Shown: positions 47,984 to 58,610, numbered from the stretch's first letter. The stretch: DNA of 64,000 nucleotides from Hyphomicrobiales bacterium (GCA_050257555.1 JBLMXB010000178.1:3247-67246); one strand, 5' to 3'. Program-made: numbers and translations. Notes: generated from the letters alone by a model not told the origin.

Positions 47984-49152
47984 GTCTGACGCTCGCTCCC
48001 GCCCGGCGGCTCGACCGGACCCTCCTGATCCCGGTGGTCTGCCTCGTGGCGCTCGGCCTCGTGATGGTGTTCTCGGCGAGCGCGAACCTCGCCGCGGAGC
48101 GCTACCACTCGGAGTACTTCTTCCTGAAGCGGCACGCCGCGCGCGTCCTGATCGGGTTCCTGGCGCTCCTCGTCTTCGCGCGGATCGACTACCACCGGTA
48201 CCAGCGCCTCGCCCCCTGGGCGCTCGGCGGCACCGTGCTCCTGCTCGGCGTGCTCCTCGCGGTCGGCGGCGCGGTGCGCGGCGCGAACCGCTGGCTCTCG
48301 CTCGCCACGATCACGATCCAGCCGACCGAGATCGCGCGGATCGCCTGCGTCGTCTACCTGGCGAAGCTGCTCGACCGGAAGGGGGAGCGGATCGCGTCGT
48401 TCAAGGAGGGGATCCTCCCCGTCTGCCTGGTGCTCGGCGTGATCTCGTTCCTGATCCTCCTCCAGCCGAACCTCGGGAGCACGATCGCGCTCCTCGCGAC
48501 CGGCTTCGTGATGCTCCACCTGAGCGGCGCGCGCCTGCGCCACCTCGGGCTCCTCGTGCTCGCCGGCGCGGCCGCGGCGTGCGTCGCCGTCAGCCGGAAC
48601 GCGTACATGATGGAGCGGGTCCAGGGATGGCTCGGGCAGTGGGGCCACGGCGACGCCGACACGCTCGGCCGGAGCTGGCAGGTGACGCAGTCGATCCTGG
48701 CGCTCGGCTCGGGAGGCGTCCTCGGGTCCGGGCCGGGCCACGGCCTCCAGAAGGTCTTCTTCCTTCCCGATCCGCACACCGACTTCATCTTCGCGGTGAT
48801 CGGCGAGGAGCTGGGGCTGATCGGCACGATCCTGGTGCTCCTCGCGTTCGTCGTCTTCTTCCTCCGGGGGATCAAGATCGCCGGCCACGCGCCGGACCGG
48901 TTCGGATTCCTCCTGGCCGCCGGGCTCACCGTGAACCTGTCGGTCTATGTCGCCATGAACATCGCGGTCGTCACCGCCGTGATCCCGACGACGGGACTGC
49001 CGCTGCCGTTCATCAGCTACGGGGGCTCGGCCCTCGTCGTGAACCTGGGGGTGACGGGTGTCCTCCTCAACATCGCGAGTCAGGTGGAGACCGGGATCCG
49101 GCCGGCTTCGGTTCCGCGGTCCCGCGGAGGCCGCCGCGCGGGTGGCCGATAG
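47980..49152 (+). CDS. ftsW: SEDS peptidoglycan polymerase FtsW
   Basis: GLVMVFSAS, GANRW, IQPTE, QPNLGS, LPDPHTDFIF, GEELG, LPFISYGGS. Confidence 0.95.
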   Translation: MSLTLAPARRLDRTLLIPVVCLVALGLVMVFSASANLAAERYHSEYFFLKRHAARVLIGFLALLVFARIDYHRYQRLAPWALGGTVLLLGVLLAVGGAVRGANRWLSLATITIQPTEIARIACVVYLAKLLDRKGERIASFKEGILPVCLVLGVISFLILLQPNLGSTIALLATGFVMLHLSGARLRHLGLLVLAGAAAACVAVSRNAYMMERVQGWLGQWGHGDADTLGRSWQVTQSILALGSGGVLGSGPGHGLQKVFFLPDPHTDFIFAVIGEELGLIGTILVLLAFVVFFLRGIKIAGHAPDRFGFLLAAGLTVNLSVYVAMNIAVVTAVIPTTGLPLPFISYGGSALVVNLGVTGVLLNIASQVETGIRPASVPRSRGGRRAGGR

Positions 49153-49162
49153 GCCGGCGTCG

Positions 49163-50278
49163 ATGCGGATCGTGATCGCGGCCGGGGGAACCGGCGGCCA
49201 CGTCTATCCCGGCATCGCCATCGCCGAGGAATGGCGGCGCCGGCATCCGGACTCCGAGGTCGTGTTCGTCGGGACGCGGCGCGGGCTCGAGGCGACGGCC
49301 GTGCCGCAGGCGGGCTTCGCCCTCCGCACGATCGCCGCGCGCGGCTTCCCGCGGCGGCTCGGCTGGGGGCTCGTGCAGGCGTCGTTCGCGGCGGTGAGCG
49401 GGCTGGCGCAGGCGGCCGGGCTCCTCCGGGAGCTCCGTCCGGACGTCGTGATCGTGACGGGAGGGTACGTGAGCGGACCGGTCGGGCTGATGGCGCGGCT
49501 CCGCGGCATCCCGCTCCTCGTGCAGGAGCAGAACTCGGTGCCCGGGGCCACGAACCGCTGGCTCAGCCTGATCGCCGACGAGGTTCACATCTCGTTCATG
49601 GAGTCGCGCAACTTCTTCCGGAGGCGGAACAACTTGAAGGTGACCGGAAACCCGATCCGCCGCTCGCTCCTCCGCCAGGACCGGACGAGCGCGTACGAGG
49701 CGCTGGGGCTCGATCCCGCGCGCCGCACGCTCCTCGTCTTCGGCGGGAGCCTCGGTGCGGCGAGCCTGAATCGCGCGTTCCAGGACGCGCTGCCGCGCCT
49801 GCACCGCGTGCCGCGCCTCCAGGTGCTCTGGCAGACGGGGAAGGACCACGTCGCCGACATCCAGGGGCGGGTCGACCGGTCGGCACTGCCGGTGCACGTC
49901 GTGCCGTACCTCGAGCAGATGGACAAGGCGTACGCGGTGGCCGACCTCGCGGTCTGCCGCGCGGGCGCGATGACGATCGCCGAGCTGACCGCGTGCGGCG
50001 TGCCCGCGATCCTCGTCCCCTATCCGCACGCGACGCACGACCATCAGACGCGGAACGCGCGCGGGCTCGTGGAGCGCGGCGCGGCGGAGATGATCGCCGA
50101 CGCCGAGCTCAAGGGGGACGGCCTGGCGGCGCGGATCGTGACGCTCCTGACCGACGACGCGCGGCTCCGCCGGATGGCGCGGAACGCGCGCGCGTTCTCG
50201 CGGACCAACGCCGCGGAGCGGATCGTCGGATCGATCGAGACCCTGGCGGGCGCCGCGTCGCCGGCGCGGGACGCGTAG
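49163..50278 (+). CDS. murG: MurG GlcNAc transferase
   Basis: GGTGGHVYP, GGYVS, QEQNSVPG, TGNP, FGGSLGA, CRAGAMT.AE, HQ..NA. Confidence 0.96.
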   Translation: MRIVIAAGGTGGHVYPGIAIAEEWRRRHPDSEVVFVGTRRGLEATAVPQAGFALRTIAARGFPRRLGWGLVQASFAAVSGLAQAAGLLRELRPDVVIVTGGYVSGPVGLMARLRGIPLLVQEQNSVPGATNRWLSLIADEVHISFMESRNFFRRRNNLKVTGNPIRRSLLRQDRTSAYEALGLDPARRTLLVFGGSLGAASLNRAFQDALPRLHRVPRLQVLWQTGKDHVADIQGRVDRSALPVHVVPYLEQMDKAYAVADLAVCRAGAMTIAELTACGVPAILVPYPHATHDHQTRNARGLVERGAAEMIADAELKGDGLAARIVTLLTDDARLRRMARNARAFSRTNAAERIVGSIETLAGAASPARDA

Positions 50279-50280
50279 CC

Positions 50281-51675
50281 GTGTACGGACGGATTCGGAA
50301 GATCCACCTCGTGGGGATCGGCGGGAGCGGCATGAGCGGGATCGCGGAAGTGCTCCTGAACCTCGGCTACGAGGTCTCGGGGTCGGACCTCAAGGCGACC
50401 GACGTCGTCGCCCGGCTCCGCGACCTCGGCGCGCACGTCGCGGCCGCGCACGATCCGTCGCTCGTGGACGGGGTCGACGTGGTCGTGGTCTCGAGCGCGA
50501 TCCCGGACTCGAACCCGGAGGTGAAGCGGGCCCGGGCTCGCGGCGTGCCGGTGATCCCGCGCGCGGAGATGCTCGCCGAGCTGATGCGGATCAAGTACTC
50601 CGTCGCGGTCTCGGGGGCGCACGGGAAGACCACGACGACCTCGATGGTCGGGGAGATCCTCGCGCAGGGCGGCCTCGATCCGACCGTGATCGTCGGCGGC
50701 CGGCTCAAGGCGCTCGGCGCCCACGCGCGCCTCGGGCAGGGGCCGTTCCTGGTCGCCGAGGCCGACGAGAGCGACGGCTCGTTCCTCTTCCTCGCGCCGA
50801 CGATCGCGGTCGTGACGAACGTCGACGCCGAGCACCTCGACTACTACGGCTCGCTCGAGCGGGTCCAGGAGGCGTTCGCCACGTTCGTGAACCGCGTCCC
50901 GTTCTACGGGACGATCATCCTCCCGGCCGACGAGCCGAACGCGGCGCCGCTCCACGCGAAGGCGAAGCGCCGGACGCTGACGTACGGCTTCGTCGAGGGC
51001 GCCGACTTCGAGGGGAGCGCGCTCGCCGTCGGGCCGGGCGGCGTCCGCTTCCGGCTCAAGGTCCGCGGCAAGGACGAAGGGGAGATCGCGCTCCGGGTCG
51101 CCGGCGCGCACAACGCGCGGAACGCGCTCGCCGCGATCGCGGTCGGCTGGGAGCTCGGCATCCCGACGGCGGCGATCCGGGACGCGCTCCACGCGTTCGC
51201 GGGCGTCGGCCGGCGGCTCGAGGACCGCGGCCTCGTGCGCGGGGCGCTCTGGATCGACGACTACGGCCATCACCCGACCGAGATCGCCGCGGCCGTCGAG
51301 GCGATCCGCACGACGCACGGCCGGCGCATCGTCGCCGTCTTCCAGCCGCATCGCTACACGCGGACGCGGGCGCTCGCCGACCGGTTCGGCGCGGCGTTCC
51401 GGGGCGTCGACGCGCTGGTCCTCCTGCCGATCTACGCGGCCGGCGAGCGGGCGATCCCCGGCGTCGACGCCGCGATGCTCGCCGCGCGCATCCGGGAGGG
51501 GGGCGGTCCCGAGGCGCGCCTGGCGAAGAACCACGAGGCGGCCGCGCGCGCGGTCGGGGAGCTCCTCCGCGCCGGGGACCTCCTCCTCACGATCGGCGCG
51601 GGCGACGTCTACCGGGTCGGCGAGCTGGCGCGCGAGGAGTCGGAAGCGCCGGCCGCGAAGGGGAGGGGCGCGTGA
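50281..51675 (+). CDS. murC: MurC ligase
   Basis: GIGGSGMSGIA, GAHGKTTT, EADESDGSF, DDYGHHPTEI, FQPHRYTRT. Confidence 0.96.
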   Translation: MYGRIRKIHLVGIGGSGMSGIAEVLLNLGYEVSGSDLKATDVVARLRDLGAHVAAAHDPSLVDGVDVVVVSSAIPDSNPEVKRARARGVPVIPRAEMLAELMRIKYSVAVSGAHGKTTTTSMVGEILAQGGLDPTVIVGGRLKALGAHARLGQGPFLVAEADESDGSFLFLAPTIAVVTNVDAEHLDYYGSLERVQEAFATFVNRVPFYGTIILPADEPNAAPLHAKAKRRTLTYGFVEGADFEGSALAVGPGGVRFRLKVRGKDEGEIALRVAGAHNARNALAAIAVGWELGIPTAAIRDALHAFAGVGRRLEDRGLVRGALWIDDYGHHPTEIAAAVEAIRTTHGRRIVAVFQPHRYTRTRALADRFGAAFRGVDALVLLPIYAAGERAIPGVDAAMLAARIREGGGPEARLAKNHEAAARAVGELLRAGDLLLTIGAGDVYRVGELAREESEAPAAKGRGA

Positions 51676-52514
51676 GAGCGGGCTATCGGGGACTCCCGTC
51701 GTGGAAGAAGCCGGCGGTCCGCCGCCGCCGCCGCCGGATCCTCCTCGCCGGGCTCCTCCTGGCGTCGGTCGCCGCGCTCGTGCCGCTCGTCGCGCGTCCC
51801 GCCGCCCGGTGGCTCGGCGCGCTTCCGCCGTTCCGGGTCCGGACGATCGAGCTGAGCGGGCTCCTCTACCTGGCGCCCGAGGAGGTGCGCGCGGCGATTC
51901 CGGTGAAGGTCGGCGACAACCTGCTGACGCTCGACCCGGCGACGGTGGAGACGGCGCTCGAGAAGAACGCGCGCGTCGAGGCGGCCAAGGTGACGCGGTA
52001 CCCCGGAACGCTCGCGGTCCGGATCCAGGAGCGGCGGACGTTCGTGCTGGTGAACGCGGGGTCGATCCTCGAGATGGACGACCGCGGAACGATCCTCACG
52101 CCGCTCTCGCGCGGGCTCGTGCCCGACCGGCCGGTCCTCTCGGGGATCCGCCTGGCGAGCACCAGCCCGGGCGCGCGCATCACGACGTCGCGGCTCCGCG
52201 ACGTGCTCCGGCTCGTCCATCTGCTCGAGGCGCCGGACGTCGGCCTCGTGTCGGACGTCTCGGAGATCGTCTCGGAGGCGCCGAACCGCGTCACGCTCCG
52301 CACGGCGGCCGACCAGATCCCGATCCTGGTCGATCCGGAGCGGGTGAGCCGCTCGGCGCTCCGCGCGGTCGCGGCCACGCTGCGCGACGTGCGGGGGCGG
52401 AACCGGAAGGTCCTGGCGGTGGACGCGCGGTACCGGGGCCAGGTGGTGGTGCGGTGCGCGCCCGACGACGACACGACGGAACCGGCCGCGCCCGACGCGC
52501 GGACCAAGGCGTAA
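51672..52514 (+). CDS. ftsQ: Cell division protein FtsQ/DivIB
   Basis: Basic N-terminus, TM, POTRA (V...KV.R.P.TL.V.I.ER), C-terminal VDARY..QVV; position before ftsA. Confidence 0.88.
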   Translation: MRAGYRGLPSWKKPAVRRRRRRILLAGLLLASVAALVPLVARPAARWLGALPPFRVRTIELSGLLYLAPEEVRAAIPVKVGDNLLTLDPATVETALEKNARVEAAKVTRYPGTLAVRIQERRTFVLVNAGSILEMDDRGTILTPLSRGLVPDRPVLSGIRLASTSPGARITTSRLRDVLRLVHLLEAPDVGLVSDVSEIVSEAPNRVTLRTAADQIPILVDPERVSRSALRAVAATLRDVRGRNRKVLAVDARYRGQVVVRCAPDDDTTEPAAPDARTKA

Positions 52515-52524
52515 GGGGGAGGGC

Positions 52525-53751
52525 ATGGAGACCAGGACGTACGCGGGGCTCGACATCGGCACGACGAAGATCACGGCCATCGTCGCCGAGCCCGAGGCCG
52601 ACGGCGACGGCGTTCGCATCGTCGGCGTCGGCTCGGCGCCCTCGGACGGCCTGAAACGGGGCGTGGTCGTCAATCTCGAGAAGACCGTCCGCTCGATCCA
52701 GCACGCGGTGGAGGAGGCGTCGCGGATGTGCGGGCGGCCGATCAAATCGGTCTGGGCCGGGATCGCGGGCGACCACATCCGCGGGCTCACGAGCCGCGGC
52801 GTGATCGCGGTGGCGCGGAAGGACGCGGAGATCCGCCGGAGCGACGTCGACCGCGTGATCGAGGCGGCGAAGGCGGTCGCGATCCCGGCCGACCGGGAGA
52901 TCCTCCACGTCCTGCCTCAGGAATTCATCGTCGACGACCAGGACGGGATTCGGGATCCGGTCGGGATGTGCGGCGTGCGGCTCGAGGCCGAGGTCCACAT
53001 CATCACCGGCGCCGCCTCGGCGTGCCGGAACCTGATCCGCGCCGCCGAGCGCGCGGGGCTCGAGGTGGAGGAGCTGGTGCTCGAGCCGCTGGCGTCGGCG
53101 AACGCGGTCCTGACGGGCGACGAGCGCGACCTCGGCGTCGCGCTCCTCGACATCGGCGGCGGCACGACCGATGTGGCCGTCTTCTTCGAGGGGGCGATCC
53201 GCCACACGGCCGTGATCGGGCTGGGCGGCGCGAACGTGACGAACGACCTCGCGATCGGGCTCCGCACGCCGGTGGAGCGGGCGGAGCTCCTCAAGCTCAC
53301 CAGCGGGTGCGCGCTGACGTCGATGGTGCGCCCCGAGGAGAGCGTGAAGGTGCCGAGCGTCGGCGGGCGTCCCGACCGGGACATCAGCCGCCACATGCTC
53401 GCGATGATGATCGAGCCGCGCGTCGAGGAGATCTTCGCGATGGCGCATCGGGAGATCAAGAAGAGCCACGTGGCCGAGCTCCTCGGAGGCGGCGTCGTGC
53501 TCACGGGCGGCGCGTCGTCCCTCCCGGGGATGCCGGAGCTCGCGGAACAGGTGTTCGATCTCCCCGTTCGGAGAGGCCTTCCGATCGGGATCACGGGATT
53601 GGTCGAGGCGGTGGCGGATCCCCGCTACGCGACCGGCGTGGGGCTGGTGCAGCACGCCGCGTGGAGCGACGGGAAGCCGCGCACCGCCGATGGGAGTTGG
53701 TTGAGCCGGTTCTCGTACGGGATCCGGCGGTGGATCGAGGAGCTGGTCTAG
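52525..53751 (+). CDS. ftsA: Cell division protein FtsA
   Basis: [28 protein letters not shown], amphipathic C-terminus. Confidence 0.97.
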   Translation: METRTYAGLDIGTTKITAIVAEPEADGDGVRIVGVGSAPSDGLKRGVVVNLEKTVRSIQHAVEEASRMCGRPIKSVWAGIAGDHIRGLTSRGVIAVARKDAEIRRSDVDRVIEAAKAVAIPADREILHVLPQEFIVDDQDGIRDPVGMCGVRLEAEVHIITGAASACRNLIRAAERAGLEVEELVLEPLASANAVLTGDERDLGVALLDIGGGTTDVAVFFEGAIRHTAVIGLGGANVTNDLAIGLRTPVERAELLKLTSGCALTSMVRPEESVKVPSVGGRPDRDISRHMLAMMIEPRVEEIFAMAHREIKKSHVAELLGGGVVLTGGASSLPGMPELAEQVFDLPVRRGLPIGITGLVEAVADPRYATGVGLVQHAAWSDGKPRTADGSWLSRFSYGIRRWIEELV

Positions 53752-53779
53752 GACCGGCGAAAGCCAGGGAGGGAAGCGC

Positions 53780-55036
53780 ATGTTCGAGCTGGTCGACGAT
53801 GGGATGGATGCTCGGTCCGGGGCCTCGATCAAGGTGATCGGCGTCGGCGGGGCGGGCGGGAACGCGGTCAACCGGATGATCGAGGCCGGACTCCACGGCG
53901 TCGAGTTCATCGCCGCGAACACGGACGCGCAGGTGCTCACGCAGTCGCGGTGTCCGAAGAAGCTGCAGCTCGGCGCCGCGATCACGAAGGGGCTCGGCTC
54001 CGGCGCGAACCCGACGGTCGGGCGCGAGTCGGCGGAAGTGGACGAGGCGATGATCGCGGAGGCGCTCCAGGGCGCCGACATGGTCTTCGTGACCGCGGGG
54101 ATGGGCGGCGGCACCGGCACCGGCGCGGCGCCGGTCGTCGCGCGCATCGCACGCGGGATGGGCGCGCTGACGGTGGCGGTCGTGACGCGGCCGTTCGAGT
54201 TCGAGGGGCGCCGGCGGATGCAGACGGCCGACGAGGGGCTACGGCTCCTCCGCGAGGCGGTCGACACGCTGATCGTGATCCCGAACCAGCGCCTCCTCGC
54301 GATCGTGGACCGGAACACGCCGCTCCGCCAGGCGTTCCAGACGGCGGATCAGGTGCTCCACCACGCCACGAAGGGGATCTCCGACCTGATCACCGTGCCG
54401 GGGCTCGTGAACCTCGACTTCGCCGACGTGAAGACGGTCATGGCGGAGCGGGGGAACGCGCTCATGGGCGCGGGGATCTCGACGGGGGAGAACCGGGCGT
54501 ACGAGGCGGCGCAGTCGGCGGTCTCGAGCCCGCTCCTGGACGACGTGTCGATCTCCGGCGCCGAGGCGCTCCTGGTGAACGTCACGGGCGGCGAGTCGAT
54601 GACGCTCCACGAGATCAACGAGGCGGTGTCGGTGGTGGTCGACGCCGCGGGGCACGACGCGAACGTGATCTTCGGCGCGGTGATCGACGAATCGATGGGG
54701 GACACCCTCTCGATCACCGTCATCGCCACCGGGTTCGGTCGCGCCGAGGCGCGGGCGAAGGTCGTGGCCGAGGCGCCGGCGAAGGCGGCGCGCCCGCAGA
54801 TCTTCTCGATCGAGCCGCAGCGCGCGGGGGCGCCGGTGACCGTGCGGCCGTCGCTGGAGGAAGAGGAGGAGGAGACCGGCCTCGAGGCGGAGACGCCCGA
54901 GCCGGCGCCGGCGGCCGGGAACGGCCGCCCGACGTTCCGGGTCGGGTCGGGTTCCGCGCGGCGTCCGTTCGGCGGCCGCGTCATCACGCGGGACAACATG
55001 GACGTGCCCGCGTTCATGCGAAAGCAGATGGACTAG
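53780..55036 (+). CDS. ftsZ: Cell division protein FtsZ
   Basis: [29 protein letters not shown]-terminal [11 protein letters not shown]. Confidence 0.98.
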   Translation: MFELVDDGMDARSGASIKVIGVGGAGGNAVNRMIEAGLHGVEFIAANTDAQVLTQSRCPKKLQLGAAITKGLGSGANPTVGRESAEVDEAMIAEALQGADMVFVTAGMGGGTGTGAAPVVARIARGMGALTVAVVTRPFEFEGRRRMQTADEGLRLLREAVDTLIVIPNQRLLAIVDRNTPLRQAFQTADQVLHHATKGISDLITVPGLVNLDFADVKTVMAERGNALMGAGISTGENRAYEAAQSAVSSPLLDDVSISGAEALLVNVTGGESMTLHEINEAVSVVVDAAGHDANVIFGAVIDESMGDTLSITVIATGFGRAEARAKVVAEAPAKAARPQIFSIEPQRAGAPVTVRPSLEEEEEETGLEAETPEPAPAAGNGRPTFRVGSGSARRPFGGRVITRDNMDVPAFMRKQMD

Positions 55037-55086
55037 GAGGAAGGCCCGACCGGGCCCGACTCCGAGAAACCGCCGAGCGGCAACGG

Positions 55087-55118
55087 AAACGCCCGCCTCA
55101 GGACGAGGCGGGCGTTTT
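55087..55118. terminator. Bidirectional intrinsic terminator between ftsZ and rpmB
   Basis: AAACGCCCGCCTC-AGGAC-GAGGCGGGCGTTTT, a perfect 13-bp stem. Confidence 0.85.
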
Positions 55119-55164
55119 CACGTCTGGCGGGCGGCGGGATCGCGGCGTCCCGCGGCCGCGGAGC

Positions 55165-55389
55165 TCAGCGGGCGCGGGACCGGGCGGACTCGGCGGCCCC
55201 CATCCCCTTGCGCACGGCGCCCGAGCGGATGCAGCGCGTGCAGACCCGCAGGCGCTTCGGCTTGCCCGCGACGATCGCGCGCACGGTCTGGAGGTTCACC
55301 TCCCAGCGCCGCTTGGTGACGTTGTGCGCGTGGCTCACGTTCTGTCCGAACTGCACGCCCTTGCCGCAGATGTCGCACGTCTTGGCCAT
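55165..55389 (-). CDS. rpmB: 50S ribosomal protein bL28 (Cys-containing form)
   Basis: MAKTCDICGK...G.NVSHAHNVTKRRW..NLQ...VCTRC; GGAGGA SD. Confidence 0.96.
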   Translation of the reverse strand: MAKTCDICGKGVQFGQNVSHAHNVTKRRWEVNLQTVRAIVAGKPKRLRVCTRCIRSGAVRKGMGAAESARSRAR

Positions 55390-55419
55390 CGTTCCTCCGG
55401 TGAGACGAATGAGCCGATG

Positions 55420-55448
55420 AGGGTACCCGAAATCGGTCCCCCTGGCAA
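55420..55448 (-). promoter_or_regulatory. Sigma70-type promoter for rpmB
   Basis: TTGCCA-N17-TACCCT on the minus strand. Confidence 0.55.
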
Positions 55449-55484
55449 CCCCCGCCGCCGGCCCCGCCCGCGCCGGGGCGGCGT

Positions 55485-55514
55485 TTGACGGATCCCCCCG
55501 GCGCCCCCTAGCAT
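55485..55514 (+). promoter_or_regulatory. Sigma70-type promoter, leaderless recG
   Basis: TTGACG-N18-TAGCAT, 6 nt before ATG 55521; no SD. Confidence 0.6.
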
Positions 55515-55520
55515 CACGGG

Positions 55521-57596
55521 ATGGGCGCCCTATCCGAGCCGGTTCGCTTCCTGAAGGGCGTCGGGCCGGAGATGGCCCGGCGCCTCGAGCGCCTCGGCAT
55601 CGCGACCGTCCGCGACCTCCTCTTCCACGCGCCCACCGCGTACCGCGACCGCCGGGAGGTGACGACGATCGCGGCGCTCGCGCCCGGCGCCGACGCGTCG
55701 ATCGTCGCCACCGTCGTCGAGTCCCGCCTCCGCCCCCGGGCGCGCGGCCGCCGCGACCTCACCGCCACGCTCCGGGACGAGACGGGCCTGGTGCGGGCCG
55801 TCTGGTTCAACCAGCCGTTCCGCGCGCCGCTCCTCGCGACCGGCGCGCGCTACATCTTCTCGGGGACCGTCCAGGCGTTCCGCGGTCTCGAGCTCCACAA
55901 TCCGGAGTTCGAACCCGAGGAGCCGGAGGGGGGCGATCATCTCCACGTCGCGCGCCTCGTGCCGCGGTACGCGCTCACCGAGGGGGTGACGGAGCGATGG
56001 CTCCGGACGCGCGTGCGGGACGCGCTCGACGGGCTCGGCGACGTCGCCGACGTCGTCGACGAGGCGGAGCGCCGCGCGCTCGGGCTCCCCCCGATCCGGC
56101 GCGCGCTCGAGGAGGTCCACTTCCCGCCGACGCCCGCCGAGGCGGAGCCGGCGCGCCGGCGCCTCGCCCTGGAGGAGCTCCTCTGGCTCCAGGTGGCGCT
56201 CCAGTACGCGCGCCGCCGCCACCGCGGGCGGCTCCAGGCGCGCCCGCTCGCCGCGGGCGACGCGCTCATGCGGCGGTTCGTGACGTCGCTCCCGTTCCGC
56301 CCGACGGCGTCGCAGGCGCGCGCGATCGCCGCGGTCGCGGAGGACCTGGACCAGGCGCGGCCGATGCGGCGGCTCCTCCTGGGCGACGTCGGATCGGGGA
56401 AGACCGTCGTGGCGCTCGCGGCGGTCGCCCGCGCGGCCGGGGCCGGTGCGCAGGCGGCGTTCCTCGCGCCGACGTCGATCCTCGCGGAGCAGCACGCGCG
56501 CACCGCCGCCCGGTTCCTCGCGCCCGCCGGCGTCGAGGCCGCCCTCCTCACGGCCGCGACGCCGGCGAAGGAGCGGGAGCGGATCGCGGCGGGACTCGCG
56601 TCGGGCGCGATCCCCGTCGTGATCGGCACGCACGCGCTCCTCGAGCGCGACCTCGCGTTCCGCGCGCTCGCGCTGGTCGTCGTGGACGAGCAGCACCGCT
56701 TCGGGGTCCGCCAGCGGATCACGCTCGCCGAGAAGGGGGAGGCGGGACGGGGCGCGCACCTGCTCGTCCTCACGGCGACGCCGATCCCGCGCAGTCTCGC
56801 GCTCACCCTCTACGGTGATCTCGACGTCTCGCCCCTCCCCGAGAAGCCGCCCGGCCGCACCCCGGTCACGACGTCGTTCGTGCGCGGCGAGGACCGCCGC
56901 GCGGTCGTCACGCTCCTCGAGGAAGAGGTGGCCGCGGGCGGGAGCGCGTTCGTCGTCTACCCGATCGTGGAGGAGAGCGAGACGCTCGATCTCAAGGCGG
57001 CGGTCGCGATGGCGGAATCGCTCGCGGGCGAGCCCCCGCTCGCGCGCGCCGGCGTCGCGCTCGTCCACGGGCGGCTCGGCGCGGGCGAGCGACGCGCGGC
57101 GCTCGAGCGCTTCCGCTCGGGGGAGGCCCGCGTCCTCGTGGCGACGACCGTGGTCGAGGTCGGCCTCGACGTGCCGGAGGCGACGCTCATCCTGATCGAG
57201 CACCCCGAGCGCTTCGGCCTCGCGCAGCTCCACCAGCTCCGGGGCCGGGTCGGGCGGGCCGAGCGGCCGGGCCGCTGCGTCCTGGCCGTGAGCCGGGGCA
57301 TCGGGGAGGCCGCCCGGCGGCGGCTCACGGTCTTCCGGAGCGTCACGGACGGGTTCAAGCTGGCCGAGGAAGACCTCCGGCTGCGGGGGCCCGGCGAGTT
57401 CTTAGGGACGTCCCAGCATGGGTTTCCGGAGCTTCGCGTGGCCCGGCCGATGGCCGACCAGGACTTGGCCGAGGCGGCCCGGCGGATCGGCGCCGACCTC
57501 CTCGAGCGCCAGGAGCGGGAGCGGGGCGGGGAGCGGCTCCGGAGCTGGATCGAGGCCCACTTCGCGGGCGCGGAGCGCTTCCTGGGGAGCGGGTAG
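55521..57596 (+). CDS. recG: ATP-dependent DNA helicase RecG
   Basis: LKGVG, WFNQ, GDVGSGKT, DEQHRFGV, TATPIPR, ERFGLAQLHQLRGRVGR, DLRLRGPGE. Confidence 0.97.
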   Translation: MGALSEPVRFLKGVGPEMARRLERLGIATVRDLLFHAPTAYRDRREVTTIAALAPGADASIVATVVESRLRPRARGRRDLTATLRDETGLVRAVWFNQPFRAPLLATGARYIFSGTVQAFRGLELHNPEFEPEEPEGGDHLHVARLVPRYALTEGVTERWLRTRVRDALDGLGDVADVVDEAERRALGLPPIRRALEEVHFPPTPAEAEPARRRLALEELLWLQVALQYARRRHRGRLQARPLAAGDALMRRFVTSLPFRPTASQARAIAAVAEDLDQARPMRRLLLGDVGSGKTVVALAAVARAAGAGAQAAFLAPTSILAEQHARTAARFLAPAGVEAALLTAATPAKERERIAAGLASGAIPVVIGTHALLERDLAFRALALVVVDEQHRFGVRQRITLAEKGEAGRGAHLLVLTATPIPRSLALTLYGDLDVSPLPEKPPGRTPVTTSFVRGEDRRAVVTLLEEEVAAGGSAFVVYPIVEESETLDLKAAVAMAESLAGEPPLARAGVALVHGRLGAGERRAALERFRSGEARVLVATTVVEVGLDVPEATLILIEHPERFGLAQLHQLRGRVGRAERPGRCVLAVSRGIGEAARRRLTVFRSVTDGFKLAEEDLRLRGPGEFLGTSQHGFPELRVARPMADQDLAEAARRIGADLLERQERERGGERLRSWIEAHFAGAERFLGSG

Positions 57597-57605
57597 AGAA
57601 ACCCC

Positions 57606-57632
57606 CAAAGATGGCGCGGGGTCGGCCGATAG
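57606..57632 (+). promoter_or_regulatory. Sigma28 (FliA/WhiG)-like promoter
   Basis: CAAAGATG-N11-GCCGATAG versus consensus TAAAGTTT-N11-GCCGATAA. Confidence 0.45.
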
Positions 57633-57676
57633 ACCGGATGAACGGAACCAGCCATCGGACACCGTGGAGTCCCGGC

Positions 57677-58561
57677 ATGACCATCGAGTGCATCCACTGC
57701 CACGCGCGCTATTCGATCGCCGATTCGCTCGTGCCGCCCCAGGGCGCGCGGGTGAAGTGCAAGAAGTGCGGGCAGGTCTTTCCGATCAAGCCGCCGGCAG
57801 CCGAGCCCGCGCCGACCGAGATGGCGCTCGTGCCGCCGACGCCCGAGCCGGTCGCGCCGCCGCGGGTGCCCGAGCCGGTCGCGCCGCCGCGGGTGCCCGA
57901 GGCGGTCGCGCCGCCGCCGGTGCCCGCCTCGGTCACGCCGCCGCCGGTGCCCGCCTCGGTCACGCCTTCGGCGCCCGCACCCGCGGCCCCGCCGCCGGTG
58001 CCCGAGCCGAGCCACGCCTCGGTCGCCTACGAGCAGTTCGTCGCGCCGGCGCACGGCGGGCCCTCGCCCGCCGCGCTCGCCGCGACGCACGCGCCGTCCG
58101 CGACGCAGGCCGAGGCGGGGCATCCGCCGGCTCCGGCCGCGCCTCCGCCGACTCCGGCCGCGCCCGAGGCGGAGGCCCCGCCGAGCGCGCCGCCCGCCGC
58201 GGCCCCGACGCCTCCGCCGTCCGCCGCCCCGTCACCTGCGACCGCGGCTCCGGCCGCCTCGACCGGCGTCCCCCTCCCGGCCGGCACGCCGATCCCGGAG
58301 GGGCTCTCGCCCGAGGAGCGGCAGCGCCACGAGCGCGCGCGCCGGCTGGCGCGGGTGCTCGCGTCCGACATCGCGATCTACAACCGCGAGAAGCGCGACC
58401 GCGGCATCCAGGACGGGAATCTCGTGGCGGTCCTCGGCTACGAGATCAAGAAGTCGTGGGACATCTACAAGGAACGGGTCGGCGCGGAATTCGCGAACGC
58501 GACCCCCTACTTCCGCGACGCGCTGAACGAGATCGTGGCCGAGGGGAAGAAGGTCTTCTAG
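57677..58561 (+). CDS. Zinc-ribbon (MJ0042-type) protein with Pro-rich linker and helical C-terminal domain
   Basis: MTIECIHCHARYSI.D..VP..GARVKCKKCGQVF; Pro/Ala linker; ARRLARVLASDIAIYN...YKERV...YF..ALNE; GGAG SD. Confidence 0.82.
   Translation: MTIECIHCHARYSIADSLVPPQGARVKCKKCGQVFPIKPPAAEPAPTEMALVPPTPEPVAPPRVPEPVAPPRVPEAVAPPPVPASVTPPPVPASVTPSAPAPAAPPPVPEPSHASVAYEQFVAPAHGGPSPAALAATHAPSATQAEAGHPPAPAAPPPTPAAPEAEAPPSAPPAAAPTPPPSAAPSPATAAPAASTGVPLPAGTPIPEGLSPEERQRHERARRLARVLASDIAIYNREKRDRGIQDGNLVAVLGYEIKKSWDIYKERVGAEFANATPYFRDALNEIVAEGKKVF
57842..57967 (+). repeat. 27-bp tandem repeat encoding Pro-rich nonapeptides
   Basis: PEPVAPPRV x2, PEAVAPPPV, PASVTPPPV, PASVTP. Confidence 0.75.
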
Positions 58562-58610
58562 CTCCCCGTCGCTTCGGTCCCGGCTCCTCCCACGATCCTC
58601 CTCGCCGTGC

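Noticed and set aside
57842-57967. Tandem repeats as a CRISPR array
   Set aside because: In-frame coding repeats with no unique spacers and no cas genes in the window
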